Source: a virus. Taken from it: a stretch of 45,659 nt of DNA. Where the stretch lies: positions 1 through 45,659 of IMG/VR virus record IMGVR_UViG_3300009285_000019; one strand, given 5' to 3'. The notes under the pieces were generated by a model. That model worked only from the letters and a program-made list of their open reading frames with translations, did no database searches and was not told where the DNA came from. Every line of letters begins with the position of its first letter. Position 1 is the first letter of the stretch. The position numbers and the translations under genes were made by a program. Of the stretch, positions 15,677-23,869 are shown one piece after another.

Positions 15677-18401
15677 TTGGTGGTACTTTATATTGCTTCA
15701 TCTCGCCCCACTTTCTGCCAATCCTCACTTCCACAATAATAGGCACGGGGAATAGCGAACCATTCGGTGTGGCCGCTTCCAACATGGGTGCGAATGTGGC
15801 CGCCACTATACCCGCTATATCTTCATTTACCTCATGTATTACTTCATCGTGAACTTGTAAGATAGGGTTGATGGGGCCGTTTAACTGCGGCGGTGGCAGC
15901 GCCCCCTCCACAGCAGCCATACCAGCTTTCACGATCCCCATGGACGCCGATTGTATTCCACTATTAACAGCCTCCCGTTCACCTTCGGATCTGATCCTTG
16001 GGTTGGTACTACGAATTTGTGGTAGTAGCCTGATACGGCCCCACATATCTCTTATATATCCATACCTGCGGGCTTCGGCCTGCCGTTCCATCCCATACCC
16101 CTTAATCATTGGGTATAATTTGAAATAGTCATCCAGAAATTGCTGGCAACGCTTCTCATCCCAATCAGCAAACGCCCCAGCGCCGAGGGATGATGCCTCT
16201 TCCTCCAGGTAACCCTTAAACCCACGGGCTGATATCCAATATACAGTGCCGAACCCACCACGCTTAGCTATATATCTGCGCCCGTATGGGTTAATGCGAT
16301 GCTCATCTTGTATCACATGTAATGGTACACCCCATATTGCGGCTGCGGTCTCGGCGTGAATGTCACGCCCCTCTGCGAATAGTCGCATCATGCCGCTATC
16401 CTTGCTATCTACGGCAAGCACTCGCATCTCTATTTGTGAATAATCAAACGATACTAATGTCATATTAGGTGAGGCTTCTATACAAGACCTCACCATCCTA
16501 CCTTCCTCATACCTTACTGGAGTGGCAGCGGTATTAGGATCACTATGTTTGTACCGGCCAGTCTCTGTCCCTGCAGGATTAATCCTACCGTGGATGCGCC
16601 ATGTCTCACCACCACCACCACCGCCCCCCATCTTCATTTTATCAAGCATCGGGCCGATGAACGACGCTTGCATGGTATCATAACGCTTATACCGCAATAT
16701 TGTCGGGATGATGGGGTGGTGGGCTTTTATAGGCTCTAGAGCCTCCACGTTTACCTTAGGCCGGCGTTTCACTGGGGTAAGGTATAACGCCTGTATCTGG
16801 TTGCCTGTTATTACTGATCTTACCCCGTCGCTTCCAAATATGACGCTGGCTACTTGGTCGTCCGATCCAACACTGAACATCTTACCAGCTAGTTCGTGGC
16901 ATCTTTTAGCTATATCTTGCATCCTAGCGGCGAACACCGCCTGTAACCCCAATACGGCATATCTATTGACCGGCATGCCGTAGTGCGTCATACGGGCGAC
17001 AAGTGGTAAGGCTTGGATATCGGTCTTATAAATCTCTTCCATACCCCTTTCTATTATGCGTGGCCACAACTCGTTATACACTCTCAACGTAGCGTCTGGG
17101 TCACGAGCCGAGTAATTAATGCTATCACTGCGGTTAATAGATGGGTGAGAAAGGTCAACTGACGGCGCTGGGCCTAACAACCCGCCCATATCATTGTTTA
17201 TTATATTCCACCTAGCTACCCCATCGGCTCCGATGTTGACATCAGCGATGAGCCGCCCAAGCCGCCTACTAAGTTTTGACGAAGCATCCAATCCTTGTTG
17301 CTTAGCCACAGCAGCTGATACCGTGGCGTCACGCACGGCTGGCGTTATCATCTCCGAATAATCCTTCATCTCCATGCCGCACAACTGCCTGGCCAGCAGT
17401 TTGAGTCCAAGGGGCAAATCCTGCAACATCCAAGCCATTATCATGGTGTCGTCAAAATTGCGTTGGTGCGGCGTCACCCCCAACTTCCATAACATAGGCA
17501 GGTCGTACGCTGCGTTATGCATAACGATATGAGATGATGATAACAATTTAGCCAGTGGGTGGCCAATAACGTTGTTGGCTAATACCACTAGGCCCTCACC
17601 CCGACGACAGGACATCTGCACGTATAGCGGTTTATCGCCTGACGCCTGCGCCTCGGTGTCTACAGCTACCACGCAAAATGGGTCATCTTGTTGGAGCATG
17701 TACTCCATAGCGTCGCCAGCACCCACCATCTCATAGTGTTCTTTACCGGCGTGCTCATCTACCACCTCAGTATACGTGCCATCTAGCGCTTTCCTTATTT
17801 GGCCAAAATCCCTATCAACCACCTTCATAAGTAGTTTTCCCCTATCTCTGAACACTGAGGCGGGGTGATAAATGGGTAACACAATGACGTCGCCCAAGTC
17901 ATTATACTTATGGGTGCGTTGTATTCTGCCATGGATCTCCTCCATGGTGATGCGATGGCTATGATCACCAATTATATACTTAGCTGCTGGCACCCCCATC
18001 GCTACAATAATTTTGGGATGCAACATCCGGATCTCACTATCCAGCCACCTATCGGCGCAGAACACACCCTGTTGTGGAGAAGGAGCGAAATCACGCACTT
18101 GCCCACTACCCGCTGGGCGGCACTTACACAGGTTTGTTACCCACACATCATCACGGGATAGCCCGATCCTGCTAAGTTGCCTATCAAACTCTCTGCCTGC
18201 AGGACCTTGGAAAGGCATCCCTGTTTCATCTTCTCGCTGGCCCGGCCCCTCACCCACGAACATTATATTAGCGCTAATTGGCCCAATGCCAGGTACTGGT
18301 CCAGCACACTTGGTCCTAAGGTCACATGCCACACATGCTCTGTTAGGTACCCATAAGGGTAGCTGTTGGATATCTATCGTCATGCCATCACCCGCCACCA
18401 T
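15654..18401 (-). CDS. DNA polymerase, family A (PolA-like) with a 3'-5' exonuclease domain and an N-terminal family-4 uracil-DNA glycosylase-like domain.
   Basis: UDG4 motifs are present (FVGEGPGQREDETGMPFQGPAG; IYHPASV; cysteines CVAC...C..C). Exo motifs are VAVDTE, HNAAYDL and YSARDPDAT. Pol motif A is LVSFDYSQIEMRVLA, motif B is RRYIAKRGGFGTVYW, and motif C is QVHDEV. Confidence 0.93.
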   Translation of the reverse strand: MVAGDGMTIDIQQLPLWVPNRACVACDLRTKCAGPVPGIGPISANIMFVGEGPGQREDETGMPFQGPAGREFDRQLSRIGLSRDDVWVTNLCKCRPAGSGQVRDFAPSPQQGVFCADRWLDSEIRMLHPKIIVAMGVPAAKYIIGDHSHRITMEEIHGRIQRTHKYNDLGDVIVLPIYHPASVFRDRGKLLMKVVDRDFGQIRKALDGTYTEVVDEHAGKEHYEMVGAGDAMEYMLQQDDPFCVVAVDTEAQASGDKPLYVQMSCRRGEGLVVLANNVIGHPLAKLLSSSHIVMHNAAYDLPMLWKLGVTPHQRNFDDTMIMAWMLQDLPLGLKLLARQLCGMEMKDYSEMITPAVRDATVSAAVAKQQGLDASSKLSRRLGRLIADVNIGADGVARWNIINNDMGGLLGPAPSVDLSHPSINRSDSINYSARDPDATLRVYNELWPRIIERGMEEIYKTDIQALPLVARMTHYGMPVNRYAVLGLQAVFAARMQDIAKRCHELAGKMFSVGSDDQVASVIFGSDGVRSVITGNQIQALYLTPVKRRPKVNVEALEPIKAHHPIIPTILRYKRYDTMQASFIGPMLDKMKMGGGGGGGETWRIHGRINPAGTETGRYKHSDPNTAATPVRYEEGRMVRSCIEASPNMTLVSFDYSQIEMRVLAVDSKDSGMMRLFAEGRDIHAETAAAIWGVPLHVIQDEHRINPYGRRYIAKRGGFGTVYWISARGFKGYLEEEASSLGAGAFADWDEKRCQQFLDDYFKLYPMIKGYGMERQAEARRYGYIRDMWGRIRLLPQIRSTNPRIRSEGEREAVNSGIQSASMGIVKAGMAAVEGALPPPQLNGPINPILQVHDEVIHEVNEDIAGIVAATFAPMLEAATPNGSLFPVPIIVEVRIGRKWGEMKQYKVPPIDSPLKV

Positions 18402-18861
18402 ATACAGTAATATCGTGTAATATCACTCTTCCCACAGCATCGGCCACGGATTTTATTGTGGTGCCACCCAACATCTTGCCCGCCGCTGGGATGTATGGAT
18501 GCCCACAGTCTACCCCAACTAGCAGCGCTACCAGTTCTATAGCTGGCACCCCAGCGCTCAGGGCGGCGGATGCCAGCTTACCGACAACCTCAGCCTCTGC
18601 CCTATTACATGCGGTGGTGATGATAATGGCGTGTAGCTTTTCCTCATCGCCCCCATTGGCAACGCTTGATGGTATGGAAGATGATACTTTCACAAGCACC
18701 ATACAGATCTTGCAGATCTTGCCATTTTTGTCCGGTTCACGGCATACAGTAACGTACATTTTGCCGTGGCCAGAATCTACCCTGTAGGTGGTAGATGGCA
18801 GCGTTTCAGGAAGTAGGTCCTCTGATATATGTGGCATAGGTGAGGGTGATCTTTCAACCAT
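18388..18861 (-). CDS. TSCPD-domain-like protein (related to the C-terminal domain of class II ribonucleotide reductases).
   Basis: The segments GHGKMYVTVCREPD..GKICKI...GKLASAALSAGVPAIELVALLVGVDCG...IKSVADAVGRVI follow the TSCPD pattern by eye. It overlaps the polymerase start by 14 nt. Confidence 0.5.
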   Translation of the reverse strand: MVERSPSPMPHISEDLLPETLPSTTYRVDSGHGKMYVTVCREPDKNGKICKICMVLVKVSSSIPSSVANGGDEEKLHAIIITTACNRAEAEVVGKLASAALSAGVPAIELVALLVGVDCGHPYIPAAGKMLGGTTIKSVADAVGRVILHDITVYGGG

Positions 18862-19076
18862 TACTTATCACTCGGCCCCTTCCTTACTTCCGCTTGCACC
18901 ACTTCGGCAGCCTTCACAATAGGACCATGAAACTCTAACGTGAGGTTACCTATGCGGATGCGGATGGACTTGTGGTAGTACCCATCCACCGTTGTATGGG
19001 TGCTCTCCCGCAACGCCCTCATTTGCTCCTCCACTGCTTTGTACTCATCATAAGACAACCGAACATACATATCCAT
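18861..19076 (-). CDS. Hypothetical protein (71 aa).
   Basis: ORF track. AGGAGG lies 5 nt upstream of the ATG. Confidence 0.6.
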   Translation of the reverse strand: MDMYVRLSYDEYKAVEEQMRALRESTHTTVDGYYHKSIRIRIGNLTLEFHGPIVKAAEVVQAEVRKGPSDK

Positions 19077-19090
19077 CGTTGCCTCCTATC

Positions 19091-19273
19091 CTAATATAGC
19101 GAATTCCGCACAGTACGACTTAACAACGAACCCGTATCCTCGGCACTTACTACAGTTGGAATATACGCAGGCGGGCCTACCACCCACCATATGTTCCAAA
19201 TCTTCATCTTGGAATAGTATACCTTCACCACCGCATTTAGGGCAAATCTTCCACTATCTATATGCTGCGTCAT
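19091..19273 (-). pseudogene. Small DnaJ-type zinc-finger gene with a frame problem. The ATG frame and the motif-bearing frame differ by one nucleotide.
   Basis: The frame opening after the TAG at 19256..19254 reads WKICPKCGGEGILFQDEDLEHMVGGRPACVYSNCSKCRGYGFVVKSYCAEFAILG*. It has two CxxCxGxG motifs but no start codon. The track frame (ATG at 19273) gives a featureless peptide. Confidence 0.4.
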
Positions 19274-19353
19274 TACGGGCCTTGGTGATTGCGCCGCTGT
19301 ATAGCGGGTCTATCCACTTCACACTTTCTACTCATCCCTCACATCTCACATCT

Positions 19354-20094
19354 TCATTCATGGTTGTTTATTCCCACTACCCACCCAGGTTTGTTCATTA
19401 TCTCCTTGGCAATGCCTTTGCCTATCCCAGGTATGGTGGCCCAATCAGCCTCAGTCGCTTCTACCATCTGTCTCACTGAACCGAATCTCTCACCCACTTC
19501 CACTGCTCGCTTTGGCCCTATTAATGGCAACTCCTTGGCTACACGGATTGGTAGTGGTATATCCCCAGACAAGTAGACAGGCGCATACGGGGTCTCGTCT
19601 GATTTGTGCATCTCAGGTGGGGCCTGCCACCACCACCACCACTCCGCTATCTGGTCGCACATGTCCCTGAGATTCGCACCTTTAATCCACCCAACCGATT
19701 GCTTAGTGAGCACGGTGTAAAGCCGTCTCATTAAGGTGGAGTATTGGATATTAGGGTTTAGTGGTTCGTACCACGCCCTACCACGGTCGCCGTACACCTT
19801 ACGTCGTGCCAATCCAGATGTTGGGTCACGGCTAAGTTCTCCATATGTAGCAATATAATGCGTATTGAATCCAGCATCACGAGCTTTAGCTATTTGAGTG
19901 GCTAGATGCCCATGGAGCAATGATCTCACCAAATCATCACCTACAGCCTTCATCTCAATATGGACACTGTATGGTGGGAAGCCATAGAAAATGATGTCCT
20001 GGTTCTGCTCGTTTATCCATGCGGTGGGTATGGACCCGAACATACAGTCCAGCGTAGGTGTGTAGCGGCGTTGATTAGCTGATAGGAAGATCAT
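19354..20094 (-). CDS. ERCC4/XPF-Mus81-like structure-specific nuclease with a C-terminal (HhH)2 domain.
   Basis: IEMKAVGDDL fits ERKx3D. Two helix-hairpin-helix motifs are present (LPLIGPKRAVEV and IPGIGKGIAKEI). Confidence 0.55.
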   Translation of the reverse strand: MIFLSANQRRYTPTLDCMFGSIPTAWINEQNQDIIFYGFPPYSVHIEMKAVGDDLVRSLLHGHLATQIAKARDAGFNTHYIATYGELSRDPTSGLARRKVYGDRGRAWYEPLNPNIQYSTLMRRLYTVLTKQSVGWIKGANLRDMCDQIAEWWWWWQAPPEMHKSDETPYAPVYLSGDIPLPIRVAKELPLIGPKRAVEVGERFGSVRQMVEATEADWATIPGIGKGIAKEIMNKPGWVVGINNHE

Positions 20095-20126
20095 ATGTTA
20101 TGTTATCGTGCGCCGTATGCTACATG

Positions 20127-20190
20127 TCGTCACATCGTCACATCGTCACATCGTCACATCGTCACATCGTCACATCGTCACATCGTCACA
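20127..20190. repeat. Tandem repeat, 8-mer tcgtcaca, 8 copies.
   Basis: Read directly. On the - strand each unit reads tgtgacga and contains TGA. The array starts 3 nt after the stop of 20194..20979. Confidence 0.95.
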
Positions 20191-20193
20191 CAT

Positions 20194-20979
20194 CTATAGG
20201 GTTGCGTCTATGATGGTTTGCAGCAAATGCTCTATGATAGGGGCTAAACCAGGGGGGTCAGCCGACCAATCAGTGCCGATCAATTCTGGTTTCCACCTAC
20301 AATCTCTAATCCTAGCGTGGAATCCATCACCCTTTGGGTGTAGTATCTGTCCAGTTGATGTGCTGAGAGTTTGACACATCCCAGCGGCGCACCTATAGGA
20401 CCATACCCTAATTTCCACAGCGAACGACATCTGGCTCCACCCCGCATCCTCGTACTGTCCCGTGGCTTGCCTACCGACGTAAACCGGCCTGGTGCGGCGG
20501 GTAAATACTACTGACATGTTGCTCCCAAACGCAGCATCTACCATGGCATTAATTTCCGTGTTTAGTGGGCCATACTGTTCCGGTGTCACTTGGGTGAGCT
20601 TACCGAAATGAGACAGCCTTGCCAACTCATACATCGCCGTCTCTGTGTCCACTACCAGTGTACCACTACCTACCTGCAGTATCCCATAATAATCAGCCTT
20701 GAACTGCGCCCAGGTGGACTGGTATTGTTTGGGATCCAGTTCCTTGGGAGCAATGTACTGCCTGAGGTACATTTGGCGACCAGCCGATCTTGTCGCCACC
20801 ACCTCCGACCCACGGTCTACCCCAAGTATATACGTGGGGTCGTAACCCGATGTGGCTAGGGTAGTTTTGCCCGTCTTCTCCATCCCACCGATGATAGCTA
20901 TGGTACGGCGTTTACGGGCAATGGCGGTGGGAGTGACCGTCACCCAATCAGTAGATATGGGTTGACCTCTTAGCGTCAT
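20194..20979 (-). CDS. P-loop ATPase, AAA_24 / Sak4-like RecA-fold recombination protein.
   Basis: Walker A IIGGMEKTGKTTLA is followed by PTYILGVDRG. The hydrophobic strand plus Asp (LVVDTET) fits a Walker B motif. Confidence 0.6.
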   Translation of the reverse strand: MTLRGQPISTDWVTVTPTAIARKRRTIAIIGGMEKTGKTTLATSGYDPTYILGVDRGSEVVATRSAGRQMYLRQYIAPKELDPKQYQSTWAQFKADYYGILQVGSGTLVVDTETAMYELARLSHFGKLTQVTPEQYGPLNTEINAMVDAAFGSNMSVVFTRRTRPVYVGRQATGQYEDAGWSQMSFAVEIRVWSYRCAAGMCQTLSTSTGQILHPKGDGFHARIRDCRWKPELIGTDWSADPPGLAPIIEHLLQTIIDATL

Positions 20980-21219
20980 CTATCTATGCTCCTGTCTAAT
21001 ATGTAGCATGGCCTGAAGGCTCAAGGATCGGGTTAGGTTTGAGTGGTGACTGTCGCTATGAGTTGGATAACATATTGGGCATGTTGGGAGGCTACACAAC
21101 CCACATTTACGCCCCGTTGGTCTCCTACACACCTGACATGGACGCACTTCTCCATCACCATTTACCACCGTCTCCGATGGAACTAATGCCGGTGCTAGTG
21201 CCTTTCGCTTAACCACCAA
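20980..21219 (-). CDS. Small cysteine-rich zinc-finger protein (79 aa).
   Basis: The sequence reads CQVCRRPTGRKCGLCSLPTCPIC. It directly abuts the downstream gene. Confidence 0.5.
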   Translation of the reverse strand: MVVKRKALAPALVPSETVVNGDGEVRPCQVCRRPTGRKCGLCSLPTCPICYPTHSDSHHSNLTRSLSLQAMLHIRQEHR

Positions 21220-21893
21220 TCACCCATCCTCGCAATCATGGCGGCGTTGTGGTTTTTAATTAATTCCCAATTCCTGCGCATCTCATCATCGTCAAACATT
21301 ACCGAATACACCCTAATCTCCGGTCTCGGTGGCTTGTAGTCGCCATTAATGTAGAACACCCACAGGTTAGCCCATCTGGTGTTCAACATGTAACAATACG
21401 CCTTCACCTGCGCCCACCACCGCCAGCATCGCTCCCCTATAATATCATTGCTGGTGCTCAGCCAAGTGGCTTTGAACTCGTCAACTTCACCAGTCCCAGG
21501 ACGGAACCTGTCTGGTGTGCCTATTATACCGTCCACAACACACTCAAATTGGCCAGGTTGGATGCCCTGCTGTGACGCAAGCTGCTTACTAATTATGTCT
21601 TCCCAAATTAGCCCCGTGCCAGCCATCTGTATGAAGCTACCGTCGTCGCCACCACCTTGGCTGTCATGGGCTACAACACGACGCAATAATCCGGTCTGAG
21701 TGGCTATATCTGCGATGATGCCAGATACGTGGGGTCCGACAGACCTAATGTGAGGTGATAAATACGGTGATGATGTGCTGCTGGATGTCACATCCACACT
21801 ATTTGCTCCGCCGTGTACCCGTGCGGACATGCCATCCAGCAGCTGCTGCTCCAATCCCTCGTTGCGGCGCACTTGCATCATTGCACCCAGCAC
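21195..21893 (-). CDS. PD-(D/E)XK nuclease (YqaJ / lambda-exonuclease-like), a candidate recombination exonuclease.
   Basis: GIIGTPDRF...EVDEFKATW supplies D...(D/E)xK. It lies next to the Sak4-like ATPase. An alternative ATG start exists at 21881. Confidence 0.45.
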   Translation of the reverse strand: MLGAMMQVRRNEGLEQQLLDGMSARVHGGANSVDVTSSSTSSPYLSPHIRSVGPHVSGIIADIATQTGLLRRVVAHDSQGGGDDGSFIQMAGTGLIWEDIISKQLASQQGIQPGQFECVVDGIIGTPDRFRPGTGEVDEFKATWLSTSNDIIGERCWRWWAQVKAYCYMLNTRWANLWVFYINGDYKPPRPEIRVYSVMFDDDEMRRNWELIKNHNAAMIARMGDWWLSERH

Positions 21894-21906
21894 CCAGCAC
21901 CGATCA

Positions 21907-21934
21907 TTGGCTTATTGGCTTATTGGCTTATTAG
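21907..21934. repeat. Tandem repeat, 8-mer ttggctta, 3.5 copies, with cacccag x2 at 21884..21897.
   Basis: Read directly. On the - strand the unit reads taagccaa, and the TAA stop of 21931..22950 lies in the array. Confidence 0.85.
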
Positions 21935-22950
21935 GGCCGGCTCACCCGTTGGCCATCGTAGGCCAGGAACTTCTCGCCGGCCAATCTCCCTAGGTACCCA
22001 TCGTTGAACACCCAGCTAGAAATCTCGTTCCTGCGTGGGTGCTGGTTCACCCCACCCGTTGGTTGGAACACCTGTTGGGCCAACTCCACCTTGGTCTTGG
22101 AGCCTGTGGACAAAGCCACAATAAGATAACTCTTAATGGCGTTGTCAAGGTCACCATCTGGCCCAATGGCTGGGGCTGCTGGGGCTGCTGGGGCTGCTGC
22201 GGCAGGCGTTGGGGGTTGGCCCGTCGTGGCACTCTGCGGCACCTGCGCTGGCACCACGCCCTGCGGGACGGCGTTAAGGACGGCGCTAAACGGCGGCATT
22301 CCCTGTGGTATGGTCACTTGGCCTTGCACCTGGACCTGTGGTTGTCCTGTTGTCTGCCTAGTCTCGGCCATCTTCACGACTTGCCCACCATTCGGGTGTT
22401 TGCTCGGTTCCCATGGCAGGTTCAGGATCTGCACGGGTACGAGCACTTGTGGCTCACGAGCACCGGCAGCCCTTGGTTGCTGATTGAGGCCGGGGCGTTC
22501 TGGTGCCTTACGCCTTACCCAAGTAGCGTATAGCCCGTCAAGGCAAGTGACAGCAGATGTTAGCCGGTTCTTGGGGAAGCCGCAGTTGATGATCTCCGTC
22601 AGCAACAGCGCTGCGTTGGTGTGGCGGTTGAGTCCAGTCTTACCCGATTGGGGAATGGCCATAGCGCCATCGGGTGATGGGGCAAAGTCCTCCAATCCAC
22701 CCGCCGACCAGAATTGCTCATGGCCCACTCCATCCGCATCCACCAGCACGGCACGGATGGCCAATGATGTTATGGGCTGATTCTGCTGGTCTCGCCTCCC
22801 ACCATAGTCCCATCGCACGAACCTTGGGTCTCGGACCACACCGTTGCCTTCAAAAAGGCCGCCTTCTGTGAAGGTTTCGGGGTCCAAGCTGGCAGCCTGC
22901 ATTGTGCCTACCCCCACTCCCACTGGGTGCGTCGCTTGAGTCATATCCAA
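21931..22950 (-). CDS. Hypothetical early protein (339 aa) with a P/Q/A-rich central linker.
   Basis: ORF track, AGGAGG RBS, own promoter copy b. It includes an in-frame 9-mer repeat encoding APAAPAAPA. An SSB-like role is only a guess from position. Confidence 0.6.
   Translation of the reverse strand: MDMTQATHPVGVGVGTMQAASLDPETFTEGGLFEGNGVVRDPRFVRWDYGGRRDQQNQPITSLAIRAVLVDADGVGHEQFWSAGGLEDFAPSPDGAMAIPQSGKTGLNRHTNAALLLTEIINCGFPKNRLTSAVTCLDGLYATWVRRKAPERPGLNQQPRAAGAREPQVLVPVQILNLPWEPSKHPNGGQVVKMAETRQTTGQPQVQVQGQVTIPQGMPPFSAVLNAVPQGVVPAQVPQSATTGQPPTPAAAAPAAPAAPAIGPDGDLDNAIKSYLIVALSTGSKTKVELAQQVFQPTGGVNQHPRRNEISSWVFNDGYLGRLAGEKFLAYDGQRVSRP
22170..22196. repeat. In-frame coding tandem repeat, 9-mer ctggggctg, 3 copies.
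   Basis: Read directly. It encodes the AAPAAPAAP segment of 21931..22950. Confidence 0.85.
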
Positions 22951-22974
22951 CCTCCTATGATTGTGGTTTGTCTA

Positions 22975-23056
22975 CCAATTGACCAATTGATTGGATTTGT
23001 TTGGGCTTGCTTGGGCTTGTTTAGGTGCCCAATACCCAACAAATCTCATATCTCAT
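22975..23056. repeat. Three different mini tandem repeats inside one 5' leader: ccaattga x2, ttgggcttg x2 and atctcat x2-3.
   Basis: Read directly, between promoter copy b and the ATG at 22950. Confidence 0.7.
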
Positions 23057-23084
23057 ATCTTATATCCAGCGTCTCTCACCTCCT

Positions 23085-23113
23085 ATTATACCACACATTT
23101 GGCAAGCTGTCAA
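23085..23113 (-). promoter_or_regulatory. Early promoter copy b: TTGACA-N17-TGgTATAAT.
   Basis: The reverse complement reads ttgacagcttgccaaatgtgtggtataat. Confidence 0.7.
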
Positions 23114-23391
23114 TGGGCGGCTCTCTGTCTCGCCCACCACTCGCACAAGGCATTCATCTCTTGCGTGGTAATCGTCATGACGTTAACGTCATATACCGGC
23201 CTACCAAACATAAGGTCTATGACCTTTTCTTGACTGGTAGCTATGACCAAGCCGTTATTTGTAAGGATTGCTTCTTTGCGCCAATAACCAACTTGGTACT
23301 CCTCATCGTTAGATAGCAGGATCAACCTGCCTGGGGCCTCCTTTGGGGCGAAAGTACTAATTGGTCGTGGGATGAGGAACGATTGGTTCAC
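23110..23391 (-). CDS. Hypothetical protein (93 aa).
   Basis: ORF track, - strand early block. Confidence 0.5.
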   Translation of the reverse strand: MNQSFLIPRPISTFAPKEAPGRLILLSNDEEYQVGYWRKEAILTNNGLVIATSQEKVIDLMFGRPVYDVNVMTITTQEMNALCEWWARQRAAH

Positions 23392-23581
23392 TGATGCCCC
23401 CTTTAGCTATAATATCTTCCACCTCGTTTAGTAATGTGTGGTTTGGCGACGAGTGCGGGTCACCACCACAAATCAAGTAATGAACATGACCAGGTGCACC
23501 AGGAGTGACGCTAGAAACCTCTCCGTGCACCTCTTGGCCCGTGGATTGGCAGACAATCATTACCCTATCACCCACCATCAT
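23357..23581 (-). CDS. Hypothetical protein (74 aa).
   Basis: ORF track, overlaps the downstream gene. Confidence 0.5.
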   Translation of the reverse strand: MMVGDRVMIVCQSTGQEVHGEVSSVTPGAPGHVHYLICGGDPHSSPNHTLLNEVEDIIAKGGISEPIVPHPTTN

Positions 23582-23603
23582 ACAAACCCCCTTATACGCC
23601 TAC

Positions 23604-23825
23604 TCACTTAACTACCATGTGAGCAAAGGCGTTTAGTGTGTGTTGTTCCCCACCAAGAAGCAAACCTGGTGCGAACTCTTTTAACTCTATGTCCGTGACC
23701 ACCAGCCCACACCCGTAGCAGTTTTCGCTGGTGGCCATGTAAATAGTAGCCACCACAGGCTTCTCACACTGCCACAACCGCAAATGGTCATCCTTACACC
23801 AACGGTGGATCGTGTATTCCTGCAT
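23604..23825 (-). CDS. Hypothetical protein (73 aa from the ATG).
   Basis: ORF track (GTG at 23828 or ATG at 23825). The start codon lies in the last unit of the 8-mer repeat. Confidence 0.5.
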   Translation of the reverse strand: MQEYTIHRWCKDDHLRLWQCEKPVVATIYMATSENCYGCGLVVTDIELKEFAPGLLLGGEQHTLNAFAHMVVK

Positions 23826-23854
23826 CACTGCATCACTGCATCACTGCATCACTG
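23823..23854. repeat. Tandem repeat, 8-mer catcactg, 4 copies.
   Basis: Read directly. The - strand unit cagTGATG carries both a TGA and an ATG. Confidence 0.9.
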
Positions 23855-23869
23855 CTCTACCCCATCACA

